In this document: positions 1 to 9,856 of the stretch, one piece after another
Position numbering within the stretch: the stretch's first letter is position 1
How the letters are laid out: each line of letters begins with the position of its first letter
From: Eledone cirrhosa
Taxonomy: Eukaryota
Assembly: GCA_964016885.1 (NCBI GenBank)
Contig: OZ024743.1
Coordinates: forward strand, 36,270,001-36,334,000
Length of the DNA stretch: 64,000 nt
Reading direction: 5' to 3'
Made by a program: the position numbers and the translations under genes
Notes under the pieces: generated by a model
What the model was told of the DNA's origin: nothing
What the model saw: the letters and a program-made list of their open reading frames with translations, nothing else
Database searches by the model: none

Positions 1-424
1 TGTTGCTTTAATGAGTAGAGTATTGTGGCTGGAGGCAATATTTCTTCGCTTGATGTTATTCCTAGTGGCCAATAAAGAAATTATTACTATTATTATTATT
101 GTTGTTGTTGTTTTATGATTGATAATTATCATAACTAAATAGTTAAACGAAGGGGAATTTTGTATTTTGTTCATTTCAATATGGCGCTTAAAAACTGCAC
201 TTGTAGAGAACGTCATCTGTAATTAACAAAGCAGTTAACAATTTTGACCCTCTTAAGCTATTAAGGGCCACATCGCCTAGCTCCAGTTTCATGCTGTTAT
301 AAAGTGAGAAATAAATCTTATCCTGGTTAAAAGGCCAGACAATCCTAGATAACATTCCAAGAGGATCTAGGAGCTATTATTCCCTGGCAGCTAGGAGAAT
401 CAAAACGTAAGATATGATTATAAT

Positions 425-613
425 TGTTTCTACTTTTGGCACAAGGCCAGCAATTACCCAGTACATTACTGATACTTTATTTTATCGACCCCGTAAGGAT
501 GAAAGGCAAAGTTAACCTCGGCGGGATTTGAAATCAGACCATAAAGAGCCGTAACTCTTTGCTACAAAGCATGGCGTCCGACCCTCTACCGATACTGCCA
601 ATCCACCGCCCTG
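425..613 (-). mobile_element. tRNA-derived SINE (octopus-type), full length with target-site duplication
   Basis: Minus strand begins GGGCGGTGGATTGGCAGTATCGG (A-box-like), followed by GATTTCAAATCCCGCC (B-box-like). The core TTTATCGACCCCGTAAGGATGAAAGGCAAAGT recurs at about 1715 and about 11480. Direct repeat AGATATGATTATAAT at 410-424 and 614-628 is a 15-bp TSD. Confidence 0.85.
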
Positions 614-794
614 AGATATGATTATAATGTCCCATCCTTCATCCTCATAAGACACACCGAAACAAATGTATTCTGTAAATGAGGAGGGGAGTGGGGAATG
701 TTCATTTTTGATAACTCTTGACGTTCCACAATCTTAATGGCTTTATGGAATTCTTTAGGTTTGTATTTGTGTTTATGCCTCGTAAATTAGCGAT

Positions 795-930
795 TCGGTA
801 AAAGGAAATCGATAAAACAAGTACGAGCCTTTTAAAAATATGTACTGGGATCGATAAGTTCAACTAAATCCCTTCAAGGCGATGCTCCAGCACTGAAAAT
901 AGCGCAGAAAATGGTAAACTAGTAGAAAAA
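795..930 (+). mobile_element. degenerate SINE 3' fragment
   Basis: Contains ATCGATAAAACAAGTAC...GTACTGGGATCGAT...CCCTTCAAGGCGATGCTCCAGCA, which shares the TCGATAAA-AAGTAC core with the other SINE copies. Confidence 0.5.
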
Positions 931-1044
931 TGAAATAAAATAATTATCTACACCATCAGATGTTATTTTCGACCTATTATCTGTCATAAAAGCAGTCTCA
1001 CTAAAGGAGCAGGCGTCTTTCTTACAACATTAAATCCTGTATCA

Positions 1045-1200
1045 GATCTGGCCGAAATGGTGATACTTGATATTTCGAATATAAGACCCGCTTAGATCAA
1101 CTTTGCTTCTCATCCTTTCGAAATCGATAAATTAAGTATCAGTCCAGTTCTGGGGTTGACTCCTCCTCTCTTTGGAGAAATATTCCCACATAGAGAGGGG
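1045..1200 (+). mobile_element. degenerate SINE copy
   Basis: GATCAACTTTGCTTCTCATCCTTTCGAAATCGATAAATTAAGTATCAGT matches the reverse complement of the core in the 425-613 SINE. Confidence 0.65.
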
Positions 1201-1302
1201 TGGGTTCGCCCAGGTTTAAAATGCTTGAGAGGCGTCGTGTGTGAGGCAGGTAACGTTACGTCTCCGTTAGGAGTTAAGAGCCTTCCTTCTTTTCCTACGA
1301 TA

Positions 1303-1460
1303 ATAGGCGAAAAATCGTCAGAGTTGTTAGAGCATTAGATTAAATACCTCGGTATTTGTTCCAGCCCTCTGCAATTTGAGTTAAAATCCCGTCGAGATCA
1401 ACTTTACCTTTCATCCATTCGAGGTCGATAAATAAAGTACTAATCCTGAAGCGGTAGTTG
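1303..1460 (+). mobile_element. degenerate SINE copy
   Basis: GAGTTAAAATCCCGTCGAGATCAACTTTACCTTTCATCCATTCGAGGTCGATAAATAAAGTAC is a B-box remnant plus the same SINE core. Confidence 0.7.
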
Positions 1461-1666
1461 TTTTATGGGGTGGGTGGGGGGGTTATTAAAAAGTTAAATG
1501 GGGTGCGTTGTGGTATCAGTTCCGGCTTCGTGTGCTCTGATTTCCTGTTTCCTGTCACCGGAAATGCGGTGACATTTCTGCCAGGAGTTGCGATCAACAA
1601 AGAGAATGACCAACGGAAACAGTTTCCTTGCTCCGATCTAATAATCGACTTCTTTTCTTTGTAATA

Positions 1667-1810
1667 ATTGTTTCTACTTTTGGCACAAGGCCAGTGCATT
1701 ACTGGTACTTTATTTTATCGACTCTGTAAGGATGAAAGGCAAAGTTAACTTCGGTGGGATTTGAACTCAGAACGTAAATGGCCCTAACTCTATGCTGCAA
1801 AGCATGGTGT
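1667..1810 (-). mobile_element. SINE copy, 5'-truncated
   Basis: TTGTTTCTACTTTTGGCACAAGGCCAG...GGATGAAAGGCAAAGTTAACTTCGGTGGGATTTGAACTCAG is closely similar to 425-570. Confidence 0.8.
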
Positions 1811-1948
1811 ACTCAATACATGGGGAGATGTAGAGTGGATATAGAGATAAGTAAAATCCCGACAGTGGCGCCAAGTGGTTTAAGCTTGTTCTGAACATAC
1901 AAGCCGAAACTGCTTGGTGCCGCGGACGGTATTATATATATATAATAT

Positions 1949-2220
1949 ATCAAGGTAGTGATTACCTTGATTAAATCTTAACCATTTAACATCTCAGGGT
2001 ATGTCATGTATCATTATATTTTGTCATTTTGTCTGATGAGGACGTACTGTTGTACATCCGAAATATGTATAATAAAATGTAATTGATCAAAAGAACATCT
2101 ATTTTATTAATATTTATATTTTAATATTAATAACTCCGGAAAATAATTTTTACGTAGAGTGCTTCCAATCTACTGTAAAACTCATTCTTTGACATAATCA
2201 TTGAATATCGTTTTAACATG

Positions 2221-2225
<5 letters not shown>
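1949..2225 (+). mobile_element. short Penelope-like terminal-repeat (pLTR) remnant
   Basis: Lies between (TA)n tracts, contains a hammerhead motif, and starts with a small fold-back ATCAAGGTA-GTGAT-TACCTTGAT. PLE assignment is inferred from the established hammerhead/PLE association. Confidence 0.5.
2025..2079 (+). ncRNA. minimal type I hammerhead ribozyme motif
   Basis: Stem I CATTTTGT/ATAAAATG; CTGATGA at 2033-2039; stem II GGAcGTAC-TGTT-GTACaTCC; GAAA at 2060-2063; self-complementary stem III ATATGTAT; predicted cleavage after AUA (2071). Confidence 0.8.
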
Positions 2226-2267
<42 letters not shown>

Positions 2268-2317
2268 CTTCCTGAGATGATTTCTTCCGAATGAAACAGT
2301 TCTAGTCTGTAGAAGCC

Positions 2318-2318
<1 letters not shown>

Positions 2319-2363
<45 letters not shown>

Positions 2364-2623
2364 GAGAATGTTTGTCTGTCTGTCTGTCTCCCTAAAACTC
2401 GAGAACCACCCAACCGATTGTTTTCAATACTTATGGTCCTGTGAATGTTTTGAGCAAAAAATGTTTCAAATTTTCGATGCCCTAGGGACCGCATTAGGCG
2501 ATTTAGCGATCTCTCTCTATAATTCTTAGTCTTTCTTTTTAGATAGATACACAGCTACAACGTCGCACCCTTATAATATCTGTCTGTATGTGTGGCTCTC
2601 TGCATTACGACATTATGACGCTA

Positions 2624-2686
<63 letters not shown>

Positions 2687-2936
2687 GTACATATAGTGTG
2701 TGTGTATATATATATAGTGTGTAACGTTTTTCGAAATATTTACTTCTGCGTTCACAGATTGATTTTTTTAGTTTCAGAAGATCCCGTTACAGGTGAAAGC
2801 AGCGAATATTTTTGCATACACAATATCAAAATATAAACAAACGTATTTATTTCACGAGGCTCGATAAGGATAAATATATATCAAATATATAATAACCCTA
2901 GAGCAAATCCCGAGCAACGCCGGGCCATTCTGCTAG
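2319..2936 (+). mobile_element. non-autonomous Helitron
   Basis: 5' (TA)nAAA followed by a (GTCT)n microsatellite; 3' GC hairpin CCCGAGCAACGCCGGG (2909-2924), then CTAG|T (2933-2937). Same termini as 11577-12547. The 5' TC is not clearly preserved. Confidence 0.75.
2626..2720. repeat. (GT)n/(TA)n microsatellite inside the Helitron
   Basis: About 25 GT units followed by mixed TA/GT. Confidence 0.95.
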
Positions 2937-3339
2937 TATATATTACAGCAAACAAAACCATTTCCCATAATATTAACTTCTCTACCTTCCACAACCACTG
3001 TCACTGTCACTACCAACTCTAATAGTCACACATTAATGACATTTATAACATTTGAGGTAATTAAAGTAATGAAAAAAAAAATGAAGATTAAACCTGCACA
3101 GCTTGTAAACTACTGGTTGTCGTGGAAACTTCATCGATTTGACCGATCGTTTTCTCTCTGATTGTGTTATACGACGCAGGTAATTAATTCAATGAAACGA
3201 AATCTCTTTGATATGATAAACTTCTAGTCAGTTCAAACAACTGGGTAACTCATCGTCGGAACCGACGGAGGTCCAACACACGCCCGCACATTTAATATTT
3301 ATTATGTATGTTCTTGTTTTAGTTATTATGCCCTCAACT

Positions 3340-3425
3340 GACAGTCGTTAGAAAGTCGGAAAGCCTGGCGAAGTCTACTTTGCCTATCATTGAGTCTCGG
3401 TTGATAAAGAAAGTACTAGCAGCTT
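3340..3425 (+). mobile_element. highly degenerate SINE fragment
   Basis: GAAGTCTACTTTGCCTATCAT...GGTTGATAAAGAAAGTACTAG resembles the SINE core. Confidence 0.4.
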
Positions 3426-3571
3426 TCTTTTCATCCAGCTATCATATCCTGGATGTTCCACTGGGACAAGTGTGAGTGGATCGGGAGAGTGTCTGCTCGC
3501 GACTTTATGGGTACATACAGTCACGAGAAAACGTATAATGAATACATCAAGTCTTCCTTGCAAATGACTGC

Positions 3572-3635
<64 letters not shown>

Positions 3636-3665
3636 AGATCAAAAGATGGTTAAAAGAGTTCCATG

Positions 3666-3733
3666 TATTTTATTATGCGCATTTCAAAAACAAATATCAT
3701 CATGCAATATTTGTGTTTTCATCAGATAAAATA
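3666..3733 (-). ncRNA. type I hammerhead ribozyme motif (PLE1 left inverted repeat)
   Basis: Minus strand: TATTTTAT CTGATGA [AAACACAAATATT...GATATTTGTTTTT] GAAA TGCGCA T A ATAAAATA. Perfect 8-bp stem I and palindromic stem III ATGCGCAT. Confidence 0.8.
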
Positions 3734-4227
3734 GGAAGACATGATATGAAGGTTAAAAAAACACTTGTGGATAGTGCAGTTTTAAATCAACATATGTAAA
3801 GTAGTTTTAGATTGATGTGTGCTATTGGGAAAAAAAGTTTTTTTTTTTTGGGGGGGGGGGGGGGTTGTAAAGGGTGAAAAAGAGGAGGAGATGAGAGTAA
3901 AAAGTGGAGGGGGAGGAGTATAATGAGGAAGGATGAGATAGGAGGAGAGATGGGTGATAGAGAGAGAGAGATAGCTTTTATAACTGAGAAAAATATATTG
4001 TTTTACATAGAGAGGTTGAAAAACCGTTGGAAGATAATGTATAAATTAAAAGAATTTGAAAATTAACGAAGAGAAAAAAATAATGTAAAGTTAAGGTTTG
4101 TATATTGAAGGGTTTAATAATATGTGCGATGAAAAAGAAAATGTTAATATGTATTAAGAATAATATTTAATAATATGTGCGATGGAAAGAATAGTTAGTA
4201 ATATTGGAAAAAGAATATTTAACCTAA

Positions 4228-5268
4228 TCTAATAAAAATATCTTTGATGCTAACGCCAATTACTATAATAACGCGCTTTCTAAAGCCGGCTATCCTGATA
4301 AAATCAAATATAGTAAAGAAATAAATTCTAGAAGATCTTACAGTAGAATAATTAATCATGATCATTCCAATAACTTTAATAAAAGACCTAGATACAAAAA
4401 CATAATCTGGTATAATGCTCCTTTCTCCATCTCTATTAATAATAATATTCCTAAATTATTCTTTAGTGCCTTAAATAAATGCTTCCCTCCCTCACATATC
4501 TATAGTAAAATATTTAACAAACACACTATAAAATTTTCCTATTCGACATCCTCCAACATTTCCAACATTATCTCTAAACACAACAATAAAATACTAAATA
4601 CTAAATCTCTTCCTTCCAACACTGAATATCATAATAATAGTAATAGCACTCCCGACGTCATTGTAAACTCTAGGCTAATTTCTGCAAACCCAAATACAAC
4701 GTCAAACACAACTTCGCTAAATGTTCTTAATCCCATTCTAAATCAAGAAACTATTATTCCTATCACAAATAACTTCTCCAATCCAATTCCTTCTATAGAT
4801 AACACTAGGTCACTCGTTAATAATCTCTCTAATCGCAATTGCAATTGCCCTGTTAAAAATAAATGTCCTCTCAACAACCATTGTCTTGATAAAAACTTAA
4901 TCTACGAATGTAAAGTTATAACTGACACCAATTCCTTCACCTATTTTGGCTCCACTTCCACCTCCTTTAAAGCTCGTCTTTATAATCATCATTCGTCTTT
5001 TAAATACCAACTTAAAAGAACCAACACGGCTCTCTCAGAACTCATATGGTCCTTGAAAGACAAAAATATTAAATATAACATCTCTTGGAAAAAGATTTCT
5101 TCTGCTTCGACATACTTGAACAGTTCTCTATCCAAGACTTGCAATCTCTGTCTAAATGAAAAATGTACCATTATATCTAATTTAGATTCTATAATAAATA
5201 GACGCACTGACTTGTTTTCTCTCTGCTTGCATAAATTCCACAGAACATTCCATAAAGTCTACAGCTAA
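4228..5268 (+). pseudogene. C-terminal part of a Penelope-like polyprotein (RT thumb/linker plus GIY-YIG endonuclease), no start codon
   Basis: Manual translation gives a stop-free 346-codon frame, of which ORF 5053-5268 is only the tail: SNKNIFDANANYYNNALSKAGY...KNIIWYNAPFS...KIFNKHTIKFSYS...CNCPVKNKCPLNNHCLDKNLIYECKV...YFGSTSTSFKARLYNH...CNLCLNEK...INRRTDLFSLCLH. LIY...YFG, R..H and E match GIY-YIG motifs. Confidence 0.88.
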
Positions 5269-6175
5269 TATCCAATACTTTATCAATTTAGAATCCTTTT
5301 CTCAAAGGCACATATATATATATATATACTTCTTTAAAAATATACCCATCTTTCTACCTTATTTCAAAGTTATTTATTATACATTATATAATACGTGTTA
5401 CTCATTCTATATCACTCCTATTTATCACTTCCCTTTCTTCCTTTTCCTTTTCTTTTCTTTTTCTTTTAATTTCTAACCCCTAATCTGTACCTTTTCTCAC
5501 TGTGCCTAACATTGAAACAATTATTACACAATACAATATATTCTTACTTTATATCACCTTGAAAAAATCCTTCGTAAACATAAACATTTTTTTTGACGTT
5601 AGATTATTCATCCTCAATTCATTATTTTTTTCTCCCTTTCATCTAACTTACTCATGCTCATCTCACAATATATCCTTACTTACATTACTTGTTGTTTTTT
5701 TAATAATACATATCAACATTTTCTTTCCATCGCACATATTATTAAACCCTTAAATATTATTCTTAATACATATTAACATTATCTTTTTCATCGCACATAT
5801 TATTAAACCCTTCAATATACAAACCTTAACTTTACATTATTTTTTTCTCTTCGTTAATTTTCAAATTCTTTTAATTTATACATTATCTTCCAACGGTTTT
5901 TCAACCTCTCTATGTCAAACAATATATTTTTCTCAGTTATAAAAGCTATCTCTCTCTCTATCACCCATCTCTCCTCCTATCTCATCCTTCCTCATTATAC
6001 TCCACCCCTTCCACTTTTTACTCTCATCTCCTCCTCTTTTTCATCCTTTACAACCTCCCCCCCCCCTAAAAAATTTTTTCCCCAATATCACACATCAATC
6101 TAAAACTACTTTTCATATGTTGATTTAAAACTGCACTATTCACAAGTGTTTTTTAACCTTCATGTCATGTCTTCC

Positions 6176-6246
6176 TATTTTATCTGATGAAAACACAAAT
6201 ATTATTGCATGATGATATTTGTTTTTGAAATGCTCATAATAAAATA
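6176..6246 (+). ncRNA. type I hammerhead ribozyme motif (PLE1 3' repeat)
   Basis: TATTTTAT CTGATGA(6184-6190), long stem II AAAcACAAATATTAT/ATGATATTTGTtTTT, GAAA(6227-6230) TGCTCA T A ATAAAATA. Confidence 0.78.
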
Positions 6247-6377
6247 CATGGAACTCTTTTAACCATCTTTTGATCTTATATATTATGTATACTCCAGTCC
6301 TACAAACTATAGAGTGCTTCTTATCCGATATCTGCATTGCTTTATTGTACTACAATAAAACTCACCTCCTACATTAC

Positions 6378-6591
<214 letters not shown>

Positions 6592-6744
6592 ATACTTTGG
6601 GAGGGTCATGTTGCCAATAAGAAACACACGCACCAGTTGCTTTCACTTCAATTTAATTTATTATATATTTATAAATTTACAAATTTATAAATTTCTGGTT
6701 GGTTGGTTGGTTCCACAACCAGATAGTTGTTTATATATATATAT

Positions 6745-6789
6745 AGTTATAGTTCTTTCGTCACACACTCTGTGACCTCTTCAGTGACT
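6745..6789 (-). ncRNA. minimal hammerhead-like motif (PLE2 left arm)
   Basis: Minus strand: AGTCA CTGAAGA G GTCACA-GAGTG-TGTGAC GAAA GAAC T A TAACT. Perfect 6-bp stem II, one extra G after the core, weak stem I. Confidence 0.6.
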
Positions 6790-7017
6790 GGGGATTTCTT
6801 TCTTCGTTTCTGTGCCTTTCCTTTCTTCTATCCTACGCCATCTTGTTTGTGTGTGGGTTGCGTGCTCAGTTTGCGCATGCGCCACATCCGGGTGTCTGTG
6901 TGTGTTTGTGTTCATTTTTCTATTTTTCTATTTATATTTTTCTATTTTTTTGTTTATTTATTTATTTATTGTTGGTTGGTTGTTTGTTCTATGTGTGTGT
7001 GTGTTTTCATTTTGTCC

Positions 7018-8511
7018 TTAATTGTAAGTTGTGATGTTGCTGTTCCACTCATATTTTCTATTTAATTTTAGTTTTAATTCTTTTATGCTTACTGCCTCTG
7101 TAATTTGCCTAAACATTGCGTCTTTCTTGTGTGTGGATTCTATTTTTATTTCTATGCTCTCTAATTTACCCCTGTGTTCTATCTTAGCATGTTGGTAGAG
7201 CACAGATGATTCTTTATTATCTTGGAGGTCTCGCCAGTGTTCATTTATTCGTTCCCCTATACTACGAGCTGTCTCACCTATGTACACTATATTTTTGTTT
7301 CTACATTGTCCTTCAGTACATCTTATGCTATATACTACATTTCTAGTTTTACAGTTAATATGGGGGCTTATTTTACAGGTTATACATTTCTTATCTATAC
7401 ATGAGGGTCTTTGGAACGGGTATGTCTTGCTAATAAGTGTTTTTACGGAGGTACCAGGTCTTTCTACTATCTTAATATTGAGATTATGTTTCTTTAGGGC
7501 CCTTCTAAATTTGTAGGCTAGTTCGCCTCTAGGGGTTGTATTGATGAACATTACACTCTGGTATTTATTGCTATCATACCATGAGTTTATTCTATTGGCC
7601 TTGTTCTTAGTTCTTTCTATTCTATTCCAAAATTTGCTCCTATACAAGGGGCAGGTCCCATTTATGTCATTATTTACCATTTTTTCCCATTTGGTTCTGG
7701 CTCCTTTATACACTTTGATTCTATCTCTCTGATTGTAGCCAGAGAACTGCATACGGTGGATGAAGTGTTGTATGTGTCTCTCTAGTTCTTCGGGGTTGCA
7801 CATGCGGGACACATTTATCATCACCCGTACCAAATCCGCAATCAGTATGTTGATTTTGGTATGGTCCGAAATGGCCGAGTTTCGGTGGATCAGATGTTTG
7901 GAAATCATGGGTTTGGCATAATGGGAATGGAGGATTTGTTTTTGGTTGTTAATTGTATCTAACCAGAGCTCTGTGTCTAGTACAGGTAATCGATGGTTGG
8001 GGTGTCTACTTGGGTAGTCTATAGTAACTCTAATGCTCTGGTGGATGGAGTTTGCTATTTGCTGGATGCTTTCCATTGTGTTTTTCTCTAGTTCCTGACT
8101 GTTCTTTAGTGGGGGTGTCTTAACTACGATGTTTATATCATCTACGTAGCGGGAGTACATTATCAGGGTTAAGCTGTCTTCTAATTGTTCATTAAGTTTT
8201 CGTTTAAGTCTACTGTCCCACCATACCATGAATAAGTTAGCTATGTCGCCTGCAATGCTAACACCAATGGCTGCTCCTTCCTCTTGGGCATATGTTTTAC
8301 CATTAAATTTGAACATATGTTCCTTAAGGGTTAATTTTATGCTGGCCCCTACCGCATGTGCAATCATTTTCTTCAGTTCATCGTGGTTTTCGGGTGTCCG
8401 TATGGCTCTGGTCCACCCGTTCCATCTATCTGTGTGGGTTTTCTTGGCCATTGAGGTAATGGTAGGTGGTCTGCCTCTTGCTGGTCTTGTAGGGCACAGC
8501 TTGCTAAGGTT
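7018..8511 (-). CDS. 5'-truncated Penelope-like reverse transcriptase plus GIY-YIG endonuclease
   Basis: FKFNGKTYAQEEGAAIGVSIAGDIANLFM (RT motif B'), YSRYVDDINIV (catalytic YxDD), LPVLDT (motif E/7), Cys-rich linker, and VVYSIRC...VYIGETARSIGERINEH...RQITEA...LN (GIY-YIG). The called ATG at 8646 lies in antisense sequence of the other arm, so the true N-terminus is missing. Confidence 0.9.
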   Translation of the reverse strand, partial: NLSKLCPTRPARGRPPTITSMAKKTHTDRWNGWTRAIRTPENHDELKKMIAHAVGASIKLTLKEHMFKFNGKTYAQEEGAAIGVSIAGDIANLFMVWWDSRLKRKLNEQLEDSLTLIMYSRYVDDINIVVKTPPLKNSQELEKNTMESIQQIANSIHQSIRVTIDYPSRHPNHRLPVLDTELWLDTINNQKQILHSHYAKPMISKHLIHRNSAISDHTKINILIADLVRVMINVSRMCNPEELERHIQHFIHRMQFSGYNQRDRIKVYKGARTKWEKMVNNDINGTCPLYRSKFWNRIERTKNKANRINSWYDSNKYQSVMFINTTPRGELAYKFRRALKKHNLNIKIVERPGTSVKTLISKTYPFQRPSCIDKKCITCKISPHINCKTRNVVYSIRCTEGQCRNKNIVYIGETARSIGERINEHWRDLQDNKESSVLYQHAKIEHRGKLESIEIKIESTHKKDAMFRQITEAVSIKELKLKLNRKYEWNSNITTYN

Positions 8512-8512
8512 A

Positions 8513-9856
8513 CCCGAAAACCACGATGAACTGAAGAAAATGATTGCACATGCGGTAGGGGCCAGCATAAAATTAACCCTTAAGGAACATATGTTCAAAT
8601 TTAATGGTAAAACATATGCCCAAGAGGAAGGAGCTAACTTATTCATGGTATGGTGGGACAGTAGACTTAAACAAAAACTTAATGAACAATTAGAAGACAG
8701 CTTAACCCTGATAATGTACTCCCGCTACGTAGATGATATAAACATCGTAGTTAAGACACCCCCACTAAAGAACAGTCAGGAACTAGAGAAAAACACAATG
8801 GAAAGCATCCAGCAAATAGCAAACTCCATCCACCAGAGCATTAGAGTTACTATAGACTACCCAAGTAGACACCCCAACCATCGATTACCTGTATTAGACA
8901 CAGAGCTCTGGTTAGATACAATTAACAACCAAAAACAAATCCTCCATTCCCATTATGCCAAACCCATGACTTCCAAACATCTGATCCACCGAAACTCGGC
9001 CATTTCGGACCATACCAAAATCAACATACTGATTGCGGATTTGGTACGGGTGATGATAAATGTGTCCCGCATGTGCAACCCCGAAGAACTAGAGAGACAC
9101 ATACAACACTTCATCCACCGTATGCAGTTCTCTGGCTACAATCAGAGAGATAGAATCAGAGTGTATAAAGGAGCCAGAACCAAATGGGAAAAAATGGTAA
9201 ATAATGACATAAATGGGACCTGCCCCTTGTATAGGAGCAAATTTTGGAATAGAATAGAAAGAACTAAGAACAAGGCCAATAGAATAAACTCATGGTATGA
9301 TAGCAATAAATACCAGAGTGTAATGTTCATCAATACAACCCCTAGAGGCGAACTAGCCTACAAATTTAGAAGGGCCCTAAAGAAACATAATCTCAATATT
9401 AAGATAGTAGAAAGACCTGGTACCTCCGTAAAAACACTTATTAGCAAGACATACCCGTTCCAAAGACCCTCATGTATAGATAAGAAATGTATAACCTGTA
9501 AAATAAGCCCCCATATTAACTGTAAAACTAGAAATGTAGTATATAGCATAAGATGTACTGAAGGACAATGTAGAAACAAAAATATAGTGTACATAGGTGA
9601 GACAGCTCGTAGTATAGGGGAACGAATAAATGAACACTGGCGAGACCTCCAAGATAATAAAGAATCATCTGTGCTCTACCAACATGCTAAGATAGAACAC
9701 AGGGGTAAATTAGAGAGCATAGAAATAAAAATAGAATCCACACACAAGAAAGACGCAATGTTTAGGCAAATTACAGAGGCAGTAAGCATAAAAGAATTAA
9801 AACCAAAATTAAATAGAAAATATGAGTGGAACAGCAACATCACAACTTACAATTAA
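8513..9856 (+). pseudogene. second (inverted) copy of the PLE2 RT/GIY-YIG frame, with an in-frame deletion in RT motif B'
   Basis: Same protein as the minus-strand copy except YAQEEGA-NLFM (11 codons missing) and about 4 substitutions (R/Q, I/T, K/R, L/P). Confidence 0.88.

Larger units (their letters stand above)
3628..6284 (+). mobile_element. Penelope-like retroelement 1, 5'-truncated with inverted terminal repeats
   Basis: 3628-4191 is the reverse complement of about 5721-6284. Between them lie a GIY-YIG-encoding frame and a pyrimidine-rich 3' UTR. Each repeat holds a hammerhead. The left end abuts (TA)n at 3575-3630. Confidence 0.88.

Noticed and set aside
520-613. tRNA gene
   Set aside because: The A/B-box-like sequence is the head of a SINE with TSD; no complete cloverleaf.
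3850-3920. G-quadruplex or poly-G regulatory element
   Set aside because: A homopolymer within the PLE1 inverted repeat that differs in length from its mirror at about 6057-6066; no independent evidence of function.
7222-7732. Small ORFs antisense to the RT (and their mirrors at 9142-9652)
   Set aside because: Shadow frames of the PLE ORF, duplicated only because of the palindrome; no recognisable motifs.
8228-8646. N-terminal parts of the two 542-aa ORFs (MNKLA...) as real protein starts, or a bidirectional gene pair
   Set aside because: Both ATGs are the antisense of the same CAT in the opposite palindrome arm. The N-terminal residues are antisense read-through, and the equal length is a geometric consequence of the fold-back.
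7018-9856. Bacterial retron, group II intron, DGR or telomerase gene
   Set aside because: An RT followed by a C-terminal GIY-YIG domain, with hammerhead-bearing terminal regions, is diagnostic of Penelope-like elements.
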